Assembly (NCBI GenBank): GCA_965215005.1
Contig: CBDCCZ010000061.1
Location: 32,001-96,000, forward strand
DNA: 64,000 nucleotides
Direction: 5' to 3'
From: Kofleriaceae bacterium
Lineage (GTDB): Bacteria > Myxococcota_A > Polyangia > Haliangiales > Haliangiaceae
Made by a program: the position numbers and the translations under genes. Every line of letters starts with the position of its first letter. The first letter of the stretch is position 1. Of the stretch, positions 1 to 12,203 are shown piece by piece. The notes below the pieces were generated by a model, which was not told the DNA's origin, ran no database searches, and was given only the letters and a program-made list of their open reading frames with translations.

Positions 1-1
1 C

Positions 2-1171
2 CTCACTGCCATGGGCGTGGTGGTCGGAACGCCCGACTACATCGCGCCGGAACAAGCGCGCGGCGACACACTCGATGAGCGCGTCGATATCTATGCACTC
101 GGCGGCACGCTGTTCTTCTTGTTGACCGGTCGGCCGCCGTTTCGTACCGGCAAGCCAGCCGACGATAAATACCTCAAGGTCGTCGCCCGCCATCTGCGCC
201 AAGCCCCGCCTAGCGCGCATCAAGAGGTCCGCGGGCTCGATCGCGAGCTGTCCGAGCTGGCGCGGCGCATGATGTCCAAAAGCTCGGAAGAACGGCCTGG
301 GTATCCCGAGCTGCTCGGCGCGCTCGAAGCAGTGATAGCTCGCCTCGAAACCAGCGCCGGCGATTCGCAGCTCGCTCGTCCCGCGCGCAGCTCGCCAGCA
401 CTGGCCGGACGCGTCGCGCCGACGCCTTTCATCGGCAGCACCCTCGCCGACGCCGACGATGAGCTGGCGCCGACCCGCATGCGAATCCCCACGCAGCCGC
501 CAGACTCTGCACGCACTGCCGCCCGCGAGCTCCACGATAGCGCCCACACCAGCGCCATCGGCACCGAGCTCGACGAGCTACGCGGTCGACCGAAGCGAGC
601 ACGCTGGCTCATCGCGGTCACGGTCGCGTCGGTGGCGGTGTTTCTCGTCGGCCTCGGGCTGCTGCTGTTTGGGCCACTTCCGAGCCTGGCCAACCTCGCT
701 CCTGATGCCGGTGTGCTCGGAGCGATCGCAACCGACGCCACACCTACGGTATCCCCTGCCCTTCCCGAGCCGCCGCCGGGCATGTTGCTGTTGACCGATA
801 CAAGCGGCAATCCAAGACTCTTCGTCGCCGCCGCGCCGGTCGAACATGGTGACTACAGCGCGCTGTTTCCCACCCAAAAGCGTCTCCTCGGCTCCGCGCG
901 AGCCAACGCTCGACCGGTACGATCGGTGGCGTTCAAGTACGCTCAAGCGTACGCACGCGCCAAAGATGCGCGGTTGCTTTCGCCAGAGGAGTGGGCCGCC
1001 GCTGCCGAGCTCGAGGGCTTTGAGCACGCCGGCCCGCGCCTCTGGGAATGGGTGAACGATGGCACCACGGGCGTGTCCGCACCGCGACCTGTCACGGGCC
1101 CGGCCGGCATCGAGCGTCGGCCCCCCGTGGCCCACAGCGACGTCACGTTTCGCCTGGCCCGCGACCTCTAA
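2..1171 (+). CDS. Ser/Thr protein kinase, 5'-truncated by the window edge, with a TM helix and a degenerate C-terminal FGE/sulfatase-modifying-factor-like domain
   Basis: [10 protein letters not shown] and DIYALG kinase motifs; hydrophobic helix [23 protein letters not shown]-terminal [16 protein letters not shown] and FRLAR pattern typical of FGE-sulfatase domains. Confidence 0.85.
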   Translation, partial: LTAMGVVVGTPDYIAPEQARGDTLDERVDIYALGGTLFFLLTGRPPFRTGKPADDKYLKVVARHLRQAPPSAHQEVRGLDRELSELARRMMSKSSEERPGYPELLGALEAVIARLETSAGDSQLARPARSSPALAGRVAPTPFIGSTLADADDELAPTRMRIPTQPPDSARTAARELHDSAHTSAIGTELDELRGRPKRARWLIAVTVASVAVFLVGLGLLLFGPLPSLANLAPDAGVLGAIATDATPTVSPALPEPPPGMLLLTDTSGNPRLFVAAAPVEHGDYSALFPTQKRLLGSARANARPVRSVAFKYAQAYARAKDARLLSPEEWAAAAELEGFEHAGPRLWEWVNDGTTGVSAPRPVTGPAGIERRPPVAHSDVTFRLARDL

Positions 1172-1193
1172 CTAGATCTATACAGTCGCGGCA

Positions 1194-1943
1194 ATGAGCC
1201 AACCGCGCCAGATGCAGAGCCAGCCATCCACTGCGACACGCGCAAGCGAATCCACCGCGGCTAACGTTGATAGCCCGCCGCTGGCGCCGCTCATCGACCA
1301 CACGCTGCTCGCCGCCGATGCTGCCCGCGCTGATATCGAGCGACTATGCGCGGAAGCTCGTGAGCACGGCTTTGCATCGGTGTGCGTGAGCTCGAGCTGG
1401 GTGCCGCTCACCCGCACGCTCCTCGATGGCTCGGGCGTCGTGACCTGCGCTGTCGTCGGCTTTCCGCTGGGAGCGGTCACACCGGCCGCCAAAGCGTATG
1501 AAGCACGCCTGGCCGTCGCTCAGGGCGCAAGAGAGATCGACATGGTCATCCATCTCGGTGCGCTGGTCTCGCGCGATTATCGCGCCGTGCTCGGTGACAT
1601 CGCCGGCGTCGTGGAGGCCGCCGGTGATGCCATCGTCAAGGTCATCATCGAAGCCGCCGCGCTCGGCCACGACGACAAGATCATCGCTTGCTGCTTGGCC
1701 AAGGCTGCCGGCGCCGCATTCGTAAAGACCTCCACCGGCTTCCATTCCGCTGGGGGCGCAACGGCCGCAGACGTGGCTCTGATGCGCCAAATCGTCGGCC
1801 CCGAGCTCGGCGTCAAAGCCTCCGGCGGTATCCGCACCGCCGACGACGCCGAGCGAATGCTCGCCGCCGGTGCCAGCCGTCTCGGTGCATCGGCTTCGGT
1901 AGCAATCGTCACCGGCGTCCGAGCCTCCAGCCAAGGATATTAA
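1194..1943 (+). CDS. deoC: Deoxyribose-phosphate aldolase
   Basis: [27 protein letters not shown] and VKASGGIRT motifs. Confidence 0.97.
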   Translation: MSQPRQMQSQPSTATRASESTAANVDSPPLAPLIDHTLLAADAARADIERLCAEAREHGFASVCVSSSWVPLTRTLLDGSGVVTCAVVGFPLGAVTPAAKAYEARLAVAQGAREIDMVIHLGALVSRDYRAVLGDIAGVVEAAGDAIVKVIIEAAALGHDDKIIACCLAKAAGAAFVKTSTGFHSAGGATAADVALMRQIVGPELGVKASGGIRTADDAERMLAAGASRLGASASVAIVTGVRASSQGY

Positions 1944-1945
1944 TC

Positions 1946-4078
<2,133 letters not shown>

Positions 4079-4086
<8 letters not shown>

Positions 4087-5407
4087 AGTCATCCTCCGCG
4101 GCGGCACCATCCTCACCATGGATGGCGATTGGCATCTCACCGATGGCGACGTCGCCGCTATCGACGGCGAGCTCGTTGCAGTCGGCGGTTCCTATACGCC
4201 GCGCACTGACGACTACGAGGTTCTCGACGCTCACGGCTGCGCCGTCTTGCCCGGTTTCGTGCAAGCACACACGCATATGTGTCAGACCTTGGCCCGCGGT
4301 CGCGCCGACGACCTCGAGCTTCTCGACTGGCTGCGCGAGGTCATCTGGCCCTACGAAGCCGCCCTCGACTCCGATGACGTCACGGCCTCGGCAGAGCTCG
4401 CCTGCGTCGAGCTGCTAACCGGCGGCACCACCGCGATTCTCGACATGGGAACCGTTCATCATACCGACGCGCTGTTCGCCGCCGCGCGCGACAGCGGCCT
4501 GCGCGCCACCATCGGTAAGGCAATGATGGACGAGCCCGATGAGCGCATCCCGGTCGGGCTGCGCGAGAGCACCAGCGAGTCGCTCGCCGAAGCCGCGCGC
4601 CTGTGTCAGCGCTGGAACGGCGCCGAGCGGGGACGTTTGCGCTATGCCTACGCGCCCCGCTTTGCCCTCTCGTGCACCGAGGAGCTGCTTTCCGCCGTGG
4701 GCCGCGCTGCGCGCCTCGCCGGCGTCCGCATACACACCCACGCCAGCGAAAATCAGCACGAGATTGCCGAGGTGCGCCGCCGCACCGGCACCTCGAATAT
4801 CGAATACCTGCACCGCCTCGGCCTCACCGGTCCCGAGGTCACCCTGGCGCACTGCGTGTGGCTCTCCGAGCACGAGCGCGCGCTCCTGGCCGACACCGGC
4901 ACTCACATCGCCCACTGCCCCTCCTCCAACCTCAAGCTCGCTTCTGGCATTGCGGCGATTCCCGAGGCTCGCCTCGCCGACATCTCGGTGGGCCTCGGCG
5001 CCGACGGCGCGCCTTGCAACAACAACCTCGATGCCTTCATGGAAATGCGCATCGCGGCGTTGATACAAAAACCGCGCGCCGGTGCCCGCGCCATGGCCGC
5101 GCCGCTCGTCGTACGCATGGCCACCATGGGCGGCGCGCACGCCCTCGGTCTGGAGCACCTCATCGGCTCCCTCGAGGTCGGCAAACGCGCCGATGTCATC
5201 GCCGTCGCGCTCGATGGACCGCACGTCACGCCGACCAGCAATCCCTACTCGGCCTTGGTCTATGCGTGCCGCGCCACCGATGTTCGCCAGGTCGTCATCG
5301 ATGGTCGCGTGATCGTTCGGGATCACCGCTTGCTAACCCTCGAGCCGCGCGCCGTCGCCGACCGCGCCCGCCATCGCGCGAGGGCGATTTTCGATAGGAT
5401 CTCGTAG
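4079..5407 (+). CDS. Amidohydrolase-family nucleoside deaminase (5'-deoxyadenosine/MTA/SAH deaminase-like)
   Basis: PGFVQAHTH, HTHASE, AHCVW, HCPSSNLKL, LGADG and GSLEVGKRAD motifs; ATG at 4079. Confidence 0.88.
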
Positions 5408-5447
5408 GCTTGCCGCTATAGTCGGGGTTGACGCAAAGGACCCCGCC

Positions 5448-6332
5448 ATGCTGCTCACCCGCGAGGAAATGACCTTCGACTTCGGCGGCGCCCGCCTCGA
5501 CCCCGGCCGCGACCGCCAGGTTCTCGAGTGGATGCTCAATCAATTTCTCTATGGTGAGATGACCGGCATCCAAGTTGGCCACTGGCTGTATCACGCCCCC
5601 GACTACGACGCCGCGAAGTTCCTCGCTAAACAAGCCATCGAGGAGATGCAGCACGTCGACAACTTCCTGCGCATCATGGCGATGCTCGGCTGCACACCGC
5701 AAAAAGCCAATCCAGTGGTGCGGTTTCTCTCCACTGGCATGATGGGCGGCTCCTGGGCAGAGCACGTCGCCCTTGAAATGGCCAGCGGCGAAGGCTTCGT
5801 GCTGTTGGCGTTCTACGCGCTCATTGACACGCTCGACCACAAGCCCACCGTCGATATCCTCAGTCGCGCCGTCAAACAAGAAGAGCGCCACGTCGACTTC
5901 GGCGAGCAGCAGACCATCAAAGCCATTGCCGGCAAGCCCTGGCTGCGTCGCCGCCTCCTCGGCCTCAACCTCGTGTCGATGTGGGCCGTGCGGCGGCTCG
6001 CCAGCTTCATGGAAACCCGCCTGCCGCGCGACCACGAAGTGCTTTCGCAGCTCCCAGCCTTCCTCGGCCACACCATCTCCTGCGCCGAGCTCCGCCTCCG
6101 CCGCATCGGCCTCCTCGACCGCCCTCTCGCCGACCTCAGCCGAGCCAAAAAACTGGCTCTCATCGGCGAAGCCTACGGAGGCAAAACCGCCGGCGCCGCC
6201 GCCTCCCTCCTCACCCTGCCACTGCGCCTATTGCCCTTCTGGCCAAAGAAGAAAAAGCTCACCGAGCTCTACCTCGCCGACCCACACATCCGCCACTTCC
6301 CCGCCCTCGAGTCAGCCCAAACCGAGACCTAA
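5448..6332 (+). CDS. Ferritin-like diiron-carboxylate protein
   Basis: Two E...EExxH ligand sets (YGE...EEMQH; SGEG...QEERH) in a helical protein. Confidence 0.75.
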   Translation: MLLTREEMTFDFGGARLDPGRDRQVLEWMLNQFLYGEMTGIQVGHWLYHAPDYDAAKFLAKQAIEEMQHVDNFLRIMAMLGCTPQKANPVVRFLSTGMMGGSWAEHVALEMASGEGFVLLAFYALIDTLDHKPTVDILSRAVKQEERHVDFGEQQTIKAIAGKPWLRRRLLGLNLVSMWAVRRLASFMETRLPRDHEVLSQLPAFLGHTISCAELRLRRIGLLDRPLADLSRAKKLALIGEAYGGKTAGAAASLLTLPLRLLPFWPKKKKLTELYLADPHIRHFPALESAQTET

Positions 6333-6456
6333 CACTCGCGGCAGTGCTCGCCGCGGCACCGCGGCGACACCGTCTGGCCGGCACCGTCACCGGCGGCTCC
6401 GCCCCAGAGTGGCTACACCCCTCCGTGCCGCCAGCTTTGCGCATGGCCACGCGTCG

Positions 6457-7575
6457 CTACTGCGAATCCGGTAGGGCACTGCTTCGCCGCAGCTCTTCGT
6501 CGGTGACGTTGTCGCCAAAGACTCGGCGCGACAGCTCCTGACGGCTCACCGGCACCGACACGTGCGCTTGGACGATTTCCCAGCCATCGTCGCGCAGCTC
6601 GAGCACGTAGCTGCCGCGCAAACCGAAGGTGACCAACGTACCTTCGACGGTCGCGTTCACGGTGAGGAGCGCGATCATCCAGGCGACTCGAGAGGATCGC
6701 GCCACTTCGATGCGCTGGGCCTCTACGCTCACCTGCGCTGCTCCTCCAGATTCGGTGAACAGCTGCGCCAAGCTCGGCGACGCTGCCGCTGCCGCTCCGT
6801 GCAGCTCCTCAGCGGGATCGGGCCACAACAGCAGCGTATCGCTCTCGCTGGCGATCTTACGCGCTCGATAGCGCGGGCTGCCGTTGTGCACTCGACCGAC
6901 GATATGTCGCACGAGCTCTGGAACGCCGGTCGCTTCGACTCGGCTGCTCATGGTTTTGCTCGCGACCATCGGATCGTGGCGGAGCGCCATCTGCAGAATA
7001 TCCGCGGTGTCGAGCGCGTACGAGACGTGCTCTTGCGCCAGCACCCAGCGGTCGATGTCGCGCACGTAGACGCCGGTGACGCGCAGCGGGATGGATGCTT
7101 GTCGCCCCGCAAACGGCAGCCGGTAGCTCACTTCATCAAACATCCAGCCCACCGAGCCGTCGCTTGAAAGATGCAGCTCGAGGTTCTTGGAGACCAAGCG
7201 ACCATCGCTGTGACGCAGCGGACGGCGGTCGAACTTGGCGTACGCCGCCGCGCCTTCGCCAGCGCTAGCCCGCGCTTCGGCGATGAGCTCCTCGCCGAGG
7301 CCAAACACGACGTCATCGGGGCCGGGGCCGATAAGCAGCAGCTCGCGCTCGCGGGCCGAGCTATCGACGTAGGCATCGAAGTTGTTCAAGCTGAGCTGGT
7401 TGTAGTTCTCGAGCACGGTGGCTTCTAAGTCGTGCAATAAGTCGGCGCGGCTCTCGAGGCGATCGGGCGCGCCGGTGCGCGGCGCTGTGACCGCCGCACG
7501 CTTAGCGTTGGCTCCGCACCCAGCGGCGAGGAGCGTAGCGATAGCAAGCGCAATCCCCCAATCGCGACGTCTCAT
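6457..7575 (-). CDS. Lipoprotein with tandem SnoaL/NTF2-like domains
   Basis: Lipobox LAAGC; two repeats ending R.TGVY...W.LAQEHVS and RGSYVL...WEIVQAHVS. Confidence 0.75.
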   Translation of the reverse strand: MRRRDWGIALAIATLLAAGCGANAKRAAVTAPRTGAPDRLESRADLLHDLEATVLENYNQLSLNNFDAYVDSSARERELLLIGPGPDDVVFGLGEELIAEARASAGEGAAAYAKFDRRPLRHSDGRLVSKNLELHLSSDGSVGWMFDEVSYRLPFAGRQASIPLRVTGVYVRDIDRWVLAQEHVSYALDTADILQMALRHDPMVASKTMSSRVEATGVPELVRHIVGRVHNGSPRYRARKIASESDTLLLWPDPAEELHGAAAAASPSLAQLFTESGGAAQVSVEAQRIEVARSSRVAWMIALLTVNATVEGTLVTFGLRGSYVLELRDDGWEIVQAHVSVPVSRQELSRRVFGDNVTDEELRRSSALPDSQ

Positions 7576-8156
7576 GGCTGCGGTAGATCCACCGGCTCGT
7601 CGACATCGGCGATGACGCCGCGATCCTCAACGGCGATTCGCACCACGTGGCGGCGCTCGCGGTGCAGCACCGAGCGAGCACCATCGGGCGCGCCGGCGCA
7701 AGCGGCGAAGGCGGTCCAGAAGCGGCGGCCAATGACGGGTGGGTGACCACCGCGGTCGCCGTGTTGCGGCACCACGATGCGTTCATAACCGCCGCGCGCA
7801 GCGAGCTCGGCAACCGTCGCTGCTTGGACAAGCGGATGATCCACCGGCCACAGCAGAGCCGTTTCCTGCGCTCCGTGGCTGCGCAACGCGTGCTCGAAGC
7901 CGAGCGCCACCGACGATGCCATGCCCCGCTCCGGGTCTGGATTTCGCACCACCGCAGCGCCGAGGGAGCTCGCGATGGCCTGCGTTGCCTCTTGGTGCGG
8001 CGGTCCTACTACCACGAGCAGAGCGTTCGCCTTGGCCACGCGCGCGGTCGCTGCGATGGTGGCCAAGAACGTGCGGCCATCGGCCGCGAGCAGCGCGGCT
8101 TTGTTGACGATGCCGAGCCTCCGACCGGCACCCGCCGCCAACACGATCGCGATCAT
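7572..8156 (-). CDS. mocA: Molybdenum cofactor cytidylyltransferase (MocA-like NTP transferase)
   Basis: LAAGAGRRLG, NP..ERGMASS, PVDHP, GHP and DVD motifs; adjacent to xdhC. Confidence 0.8.
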   Translation of the reverse strand: MIAIVLAAGAGRRLGIVNKAALLAADGRTFLATIAATARVAKANALLVVVGPPHQEATQAIASSLGAAVVRNPDPERGMASSVALGFEHALRSHGAQETALLWPVDHPLVQAATVAELAARGGYERIVVPQHGDRGGHPPVIGRRFWTAFAACAGAPDGARSVLHRERRHVVRIAVEDRGVIADVDEPVDLPQP

Positions 8157-9094
8157 GAGCTAGCGCGCCGCCGCTCGGCGATCAGCTCAGCGACCACGGC
8201 GATGGCTATTTCTTCAGGGGTTTCGGCACCGATGTCGAGACCAATGGGCGCATGCAGCCGCGCCCAGCGCGTGTCGCTATAGAGCCCTTTGGCGGCGAGG
8301 CGCTTGCGGAAACGGCCGATCTTGCCGACGCTGCCGATCAACCCGAGATAGCTGAGCGTCTCGTGCCCCAGCAGCTGCTCGAGAATGCGCTGATCGAGAG
8401 CGTGATCACGGGTGACGATGACGGCGAAGTCGCCGGCACCGATGGTGCCCAATGCGCGTTCAACATCCGCGATTTCAAATGACTCAATCACCTTCGCCGC
8501 CCATGGAGGCGGGCTCGTGACCGCGCCGAGCTCGTCGTCATCGCACACCACCACCTCGAACCCCACGCGAGCGGCGAGCGGGCCAATGGCCCCAGCGACG
8601 TGGCCCGCACCAAAGAGGAGCACGCGCTCTCTTGGCCACACCGGTTCGAAGAACTGCCCGCCGTCGCGACGGGGACGTCTTGCGGCGTGCACCGCGAGCG
8701 GCTCGAGCAGCTTGGCGGTGCCGTCGAGCGGGGTGACTAGCAGCGCCGGCCGCCGCTCTTGCCAGTGCCGCAGCGCCTCGCGCAGCGCCTCGAGGCTCGG
8801 GGCAACCGGCTCGAGATACACCTCCATGGTGCCTCCGCAACACATCGCCAAGTCTCGCACCAAGTGATGGCGCAAGAGCCGCGGCGGCGCTCCAGCAGCC
8901 ACCTCGGCGGCGGCGCGCGTGACCTCGAGCTCGATGCGGCCACCGCCGATGGTACCAACGGTGCCCTCGGCGACATCTACGAGCATCTTGGCGCCAACGT
9001 GCCGCGGCACCGAGCCCCACGCGCCGACCACTGTGGCCAGCGCCACCGGCTCGCCGGCGGTGCTGCGGGCGACAGCGTCTACAAGGAGCTCCAT
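8153..9094 (-). CDS. xdhC: Xanthine dehydrogenase accessory protein, XdhC/CoxI family
   Basis: GSVPRHVGAKM, GTIGGG, MCCGG, FGAGHV, YLGLIGS and APIGLDIGAETPEEIA motifs; start placed at MELLVDAV. Confidence 0.92.
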   Translation of the reverse strand: MELLVDAVARSTAGEPVALATVVGAWGSVPRHVGAKMLVDVAEGTVGTIGGGRIELEVTRAAAEVAAGAPPRLLRHHLVRDLAMCCGGTMEVYLEPVAPSLEALREALRHWQERRPALLVTPLDGTAKLLEPLAVHAARRPRRDGGQFFEPVWPRERVLLFGAGHVAGAIGPLAARVGFEVVVCDDDELGAVTSPPPWAAKVIESFEIADVERALGTIGAGDFAVIVTRDHALDQRILEQLLGHETLSYLGLIGSVGKIGRFRKRLAAKGLYSDTRWARLHAPIGLDIGAETPEEIAIAVVAELIAERRRASS

Positions 9095-9182
9095 GGCAGG
9101 CAATCGTAGCACCGCCGTCTGCTGGCGCCCGCGCTCGTCCCGGTCGCGTCTGGACTCGCGCTCGCCTTCCACGTCCGCTACC

Positions 9183-10370
9183 ATGCGGGCCATGGGGGGC
9201 ACGCTGCGGCTAGTTACCACCAACAACGTCGAGGTTTTTCGCCATCTCGGCAGCGCGTCGTTCCAGCGCCTTCGCATCGAGCACACCGTCGCCAGCTCAT
9301 ATGAGGAGGCGTTGCAGGCGATCCGCGTAGTTCGTCCGAGCTTGGCCGTCATCGACACCGAGCTCGCCGGCGGCAGCGGCTATGAGCTTTGTCGCGTTGT
9401 CAAGGACGATCCCGAGCTGCGCGTTACCCACGTGATCCTCCTCTTGCCTTCGGTGATCACGCGACGCGAGCTCGAGCGCATTCACACCAGTGGCTGCGAC
9501 GATATCTTGGCGCTGCCGCTGCACAGCGAAGATTTCTACCACCACCTGGCGCTCCTCGGCGGCTTGCCGGTGCGTCGCAACCGCCGGGTCGGCATCGACC
9601 TCGACGTCACGCTGCCCAACGTCGATCACCTGGCAGCTCAGGTCGTCAACGTCTCGTCCGGCGGAGGGCTGGGCATTGCGCTTCCGGAGCCGCTCACCCA
9701 AGGCCAAGAGGTGGTCGTTCGCCTTTGTCACGATGAGCAGACCTATCCCGACGCAACCGCCACGGTCGCGTGGGTAAGTGATGATTTCGACCGTCCGGGG
9801 GAGTATCAAGCCGGCCTCGAGCTTGCCGCCGACGCGCCGATCAAGGTGCGCATCCTGCTCGAGCAGCTGGCGCTGTTTGACGTCTCACAAGCGCCCTTCG
9901 ATAGCGCCATGGCCGGTGGCGTGACGGTGGCGCTGCAGGGCGACTTCACCGAGATCACCGATTTCACGCCGCTGGCGCAGCGCCTCGAGCACGAGCGCTT
10001 CATCGACTTCGATGCCTCCGGCGTTCGCTACGTGAGCTCGGCGGGAGTCCGCGCCTGGTGTCAATTTCTCGAGACGCTTTCGAATAAGCACTATACGTTT
10101 CGCCACTGCTCGCTGGCGTTTACGTCGCAAGCGGCAATGGTGCCGATGGTGATCGGCTGCGGTCAGGTACTGTCGCTCGAAGCACCCTACGCATGTGACT
10201 CCTGCGAGCGCGAGGAGCTGCGACTGCTCGAGGTCAAGTCGCTGCTCATGGATGGCAACGGCATCACGCGGCCGCCGCCGTTCACGTGCTCGCGCGAGCG
10301 TTGCGAGCTCGTCTTCGACGACGTGCCGGAGCGTTACTTCGCGTTCCTGCGTCCCGTCGACCCCGCTTGA
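9183..10370 (+). CDS. Atypical receiver domain + PilZ + STAS + Zn-ribbon signalling protein
   Basis: REC-like PSLAVID..L.GGSGYELCR.VK; PilZ RRNRR and NVSSGG; STAS FDASGVRYVSSAG; Cys pairs CDSC and CSRERC. Confidence 0.78.
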   Translation: MRAMGGTLRLVTTNNVEVFRHLGSASFQRLRIEHTVASSYEEALQAIRVVRPSLAVIDTELAGGSGYELCRVVKDDPELRVTHVILLLPSVITRRELERIHTSGCDDILALPLHSEDFYHHLALLGGLPVRRNRRVGIDLDVTLPNVDHLAAQVVNVSSGGGLGIALPEPLTQGQEVVVRLCHDEQTYPDATATVAWVSDDFDRPGEYQAGLELAADAPIKVRILLEQLALFDVSQAPFDSAMAGGVTVALQGDFTEITDFTPLAQRLEHERFIDFDASGVRYVSSAGVRAWCQFLETLSNKHYTFRHCSLAFTSQAAMVPMVIGCGQVLSLEAPYACDSCEREELRLLEVKSLLMDGNGITRPPPFTCSRERCELVFDDVPERYFAFLRPVDPA

Positions 10371-10606
10371 GCTGTGGGTCCCGTCGAGCCCGCTCGAGCT
10401 GTGGGTCCCGTCGAGCCCGCTCGAGCTGTGGGTCCGTCGAGCCCGCTCGAGCTGTGGGTCCGTCGAGCCCGCTCGAGCTGTGGGTCCGTCGAGCCCGCTC
10501 GAGCTGTGGGTCCGTCGAGCCCGCTCGAGCTGTGGGTCCGTCGAGCCCGCTCGAGCTGTGGGTCCGTCGAGCCCGCTCGAGCTCCTGCGTCCCGTCGAGC
10601 CCGCTC
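10343..10606. repeat. Tandem array of GAGCTGTGGGTCC(C)GTCGAGCCCGCTC: 8 near-perfect 26-27-bp copies (10369-10578) plus 2 degenerate flanking copies
   Basis: Units start at 10369, 10396, 10423, 10449, 10475, 10501, 10527 and 10553; variant unit at 10579; no spacers. Confidence 0.97.
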
Positions 10607-10655
10607 GCGTTGGCGCGCCGGCCGCGGCTCAGCCTGCGTCTTCAGACGCGAGCGG

Positions 10656-11456
10656 CTAGGCCCGCCGGGCCGCGCGGGGCTCACCGCTGAGCGCGAGCAC
10701 CCGCTCGACCACCTCACGAAACCCCGCTCCCTCGGGAGACTCGGTGAGGTAGCTCGGCTTGTGGGACAGCTCATCCCACCACTTCTTCACGTTCGCGACC
10801 CCAATGCTCCGCGGGAATCCTTCGAACATGGGACCATCATTGAGGGCGTCGCCGACGAACACGTACGGGGAGAGATCCTCCCGCTTGCCCGATAACACGC
10901 GCTCGACGATCCGCAGACATGCGCTGAGCTTGTTGAAGCTCGGCGGGCCGAAGTTGACGTGTACCGATGACCGGACCGCCAGAAAACCGGCCTTGGTCAA
11001 GCTGTCAACGACGTGCTCGGCGGCCTCCTTGGAGAGCGAGACTTCCTCGTTCCAGTCGACCGCGAGATCGACCTCACGATACTTGCTGTCCGACGAGAGC
11101 CGTGCCCCCGGAACCTCGGAGATGGCATCGATCGCTGCGGCATGCATCCGCCGTCGCCACTCCGGCAATGTTGCCGCGGGAACGCCGTAGACCTTCTCTA
11201 GCCGACCCTCAGTGCGCACAAACGAGATGCCGCCGTTCTCCGCGACCACCGCGGCGACTGGCATCAGGCTCATCAACGCTTGGCCCCACCCCGCCGGACG
11301 CCCGGTGACGAGAATGACGGCAACGCCGGCGTCACTGAGACGCTCTATCGAACCGTAGGTGCTGGCTTCGATGCGACCCTCGGTAGTGAGCGTTCCATCG
11401 ACATCACTGAAGAGCGCGCGGACTGGCCCCTGCAACTCGCTCAAAGGCAACGACAT
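10656..11456 (-). CDS. HAD-superfamily subclass IIB hydrolase
   Basis: DVDGTLT, VTGR, AENG and VGDALND motifs. Confidence 0.9.
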   Translation of the reverse strand: MSLPLSELQGPVRALFSDVDGTLTTEGRIEASTYGSIERLSDAGVAVILVTGRPAGWGQALMSLMPVAAVVAENGGISFVRTEGRLEKVYGVPAATLPEWRRRMHAAAIDAISEVPGARLSSDSKYREVDLAVDWNEEVSLSKEAAEHVVDSLTKAGFLAVRSSVHVNFGPPSFNKLSACLRIVERVLSGKREDLSPYVFVGDALNDGPMFEGFPRSIGVANVKKWWDELSHKPSYLTESPEGAGFREVVERVLALSGEPRAARRA

Positions 11457-11471
11457 AGCGTTCGCCCTATA

Positions 11472-11721
11472 TCACACGCTACCGGTCCTTCCCATAGAAA
11501 GCTCAGCCCACAATCGCGCGACGGCCTGGAGGTGCCGAAGATCGAACGTGTGCGGCGACCGGAAATCTCCGCGCGACGCACCCGACTCGCGCACACCGTC
11601 GCAGGATCCCGGGCGCCCGGCCCCTCGCGCGACGAGGGCGCGAGCGGATTGCCGCTCGAGCACCCTCTGGAGATCTCTTTCCTCGCGTATCGCGGCTCTG
11701 ACGAGCTCCGGCGATACCCAT
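11472..11721 (-). CDS. Putative ~82-aa protein, probably interrupted by a +1 frameshift right after the start codon
   Basis: The minus strand reads TAA-ATG-GGTATCG directly after the HTH gene stop; removing one G gives MVSPELVRAAIREERDLQRVLERQSAR..., open to 11472. Confidence 0.35.
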
Positions 11722-11949
11722 TTAGGCGATGAGCTTGAGCGCTGCCACTTCGTGGGCGCGGCCGGTGATCGCCTGCGCGCGTTGTCCCGCCAACCACTGG
11801 TCGAGATCGGCGGTGACCAGGCGAACGATGCCGCCGACCTTGAAGACCGGCAACGGATCGTGCGCCCGTCGCGCCATATAACGGCACCAGCGCTCCGAGC
11901 GACCCAGTGCATAAGAGATCCCCTTCCAAGTTTCTACGTACGTGTTCAT
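11722..11949 (-). CDS. Small excisionase/AlpA/MerR-like HTH DNA-binding protein (75 aa)
   Basis: WKGISYALGRSERWCR helix-turn-helix, then PLPVFKVGGIVR...DLDQWL wing, typical of the HTH_17/Xis fold; G-rich RBS upstream. Confidence 0.72.
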   Translation of the reverse strand: MNTYVETWKGISYALGRSERWCRYMARRAHDPLPVFKVGGIVRLVTADLDQWLAGQRAQAITGRAHEVAALKLIA

Positions 11950-12027
11950 CCGCGTTACCCCCCTGCGATGGTCGACTGCGTTGCCCACGGGGCAATCGAG
12001 TGCAGGGCCTTTCAGTTCCTGCCCTTG

Positions 12028-12043
12028 TGCAGTGGTCGTGCCA
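12028..12043 (-). promoter_or_regulatory. Sigma-54 (-24/-12) promoter
   Basis: Minus strand TGGCACGACCACTGCA has exact GG-N10-GC spacing, ~80 bp upstream of the HTH gene. Confidence 0.7.
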
Positions 12044-12203
12044 CTAGGGGGCATCGCCGCAGGCGCAGGCAACCCCGCGAAAAAGCGTGATCGTCCCCTG
12101 CCGAGGTGGAACACGTTTGCCTCCAAATGCCTGACACACCGGTACAAGGCGCTGTTCCGGTGCCTGGCGCGCCTTACACTTTGCCGCTAAGCTGATCGCG
12201 TAT

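Noticed and set aside
5420..5447. c-di-GMP-I riboswitch (GACGCAAAG resemblance)
   Set aside because: The upstream GCAAACC/GNRA P2 stem is absent, and the intergenic space is only 40 bp
10369..10606. CRISPR array
   Set aside because: The units are head-to-tail with no unique spacers, and there are no cas genes in the window
11722..11949. Prophage or ICE boundary
   Set aside because: No integrase, tRNA, att-like repeat or phage gene nearby
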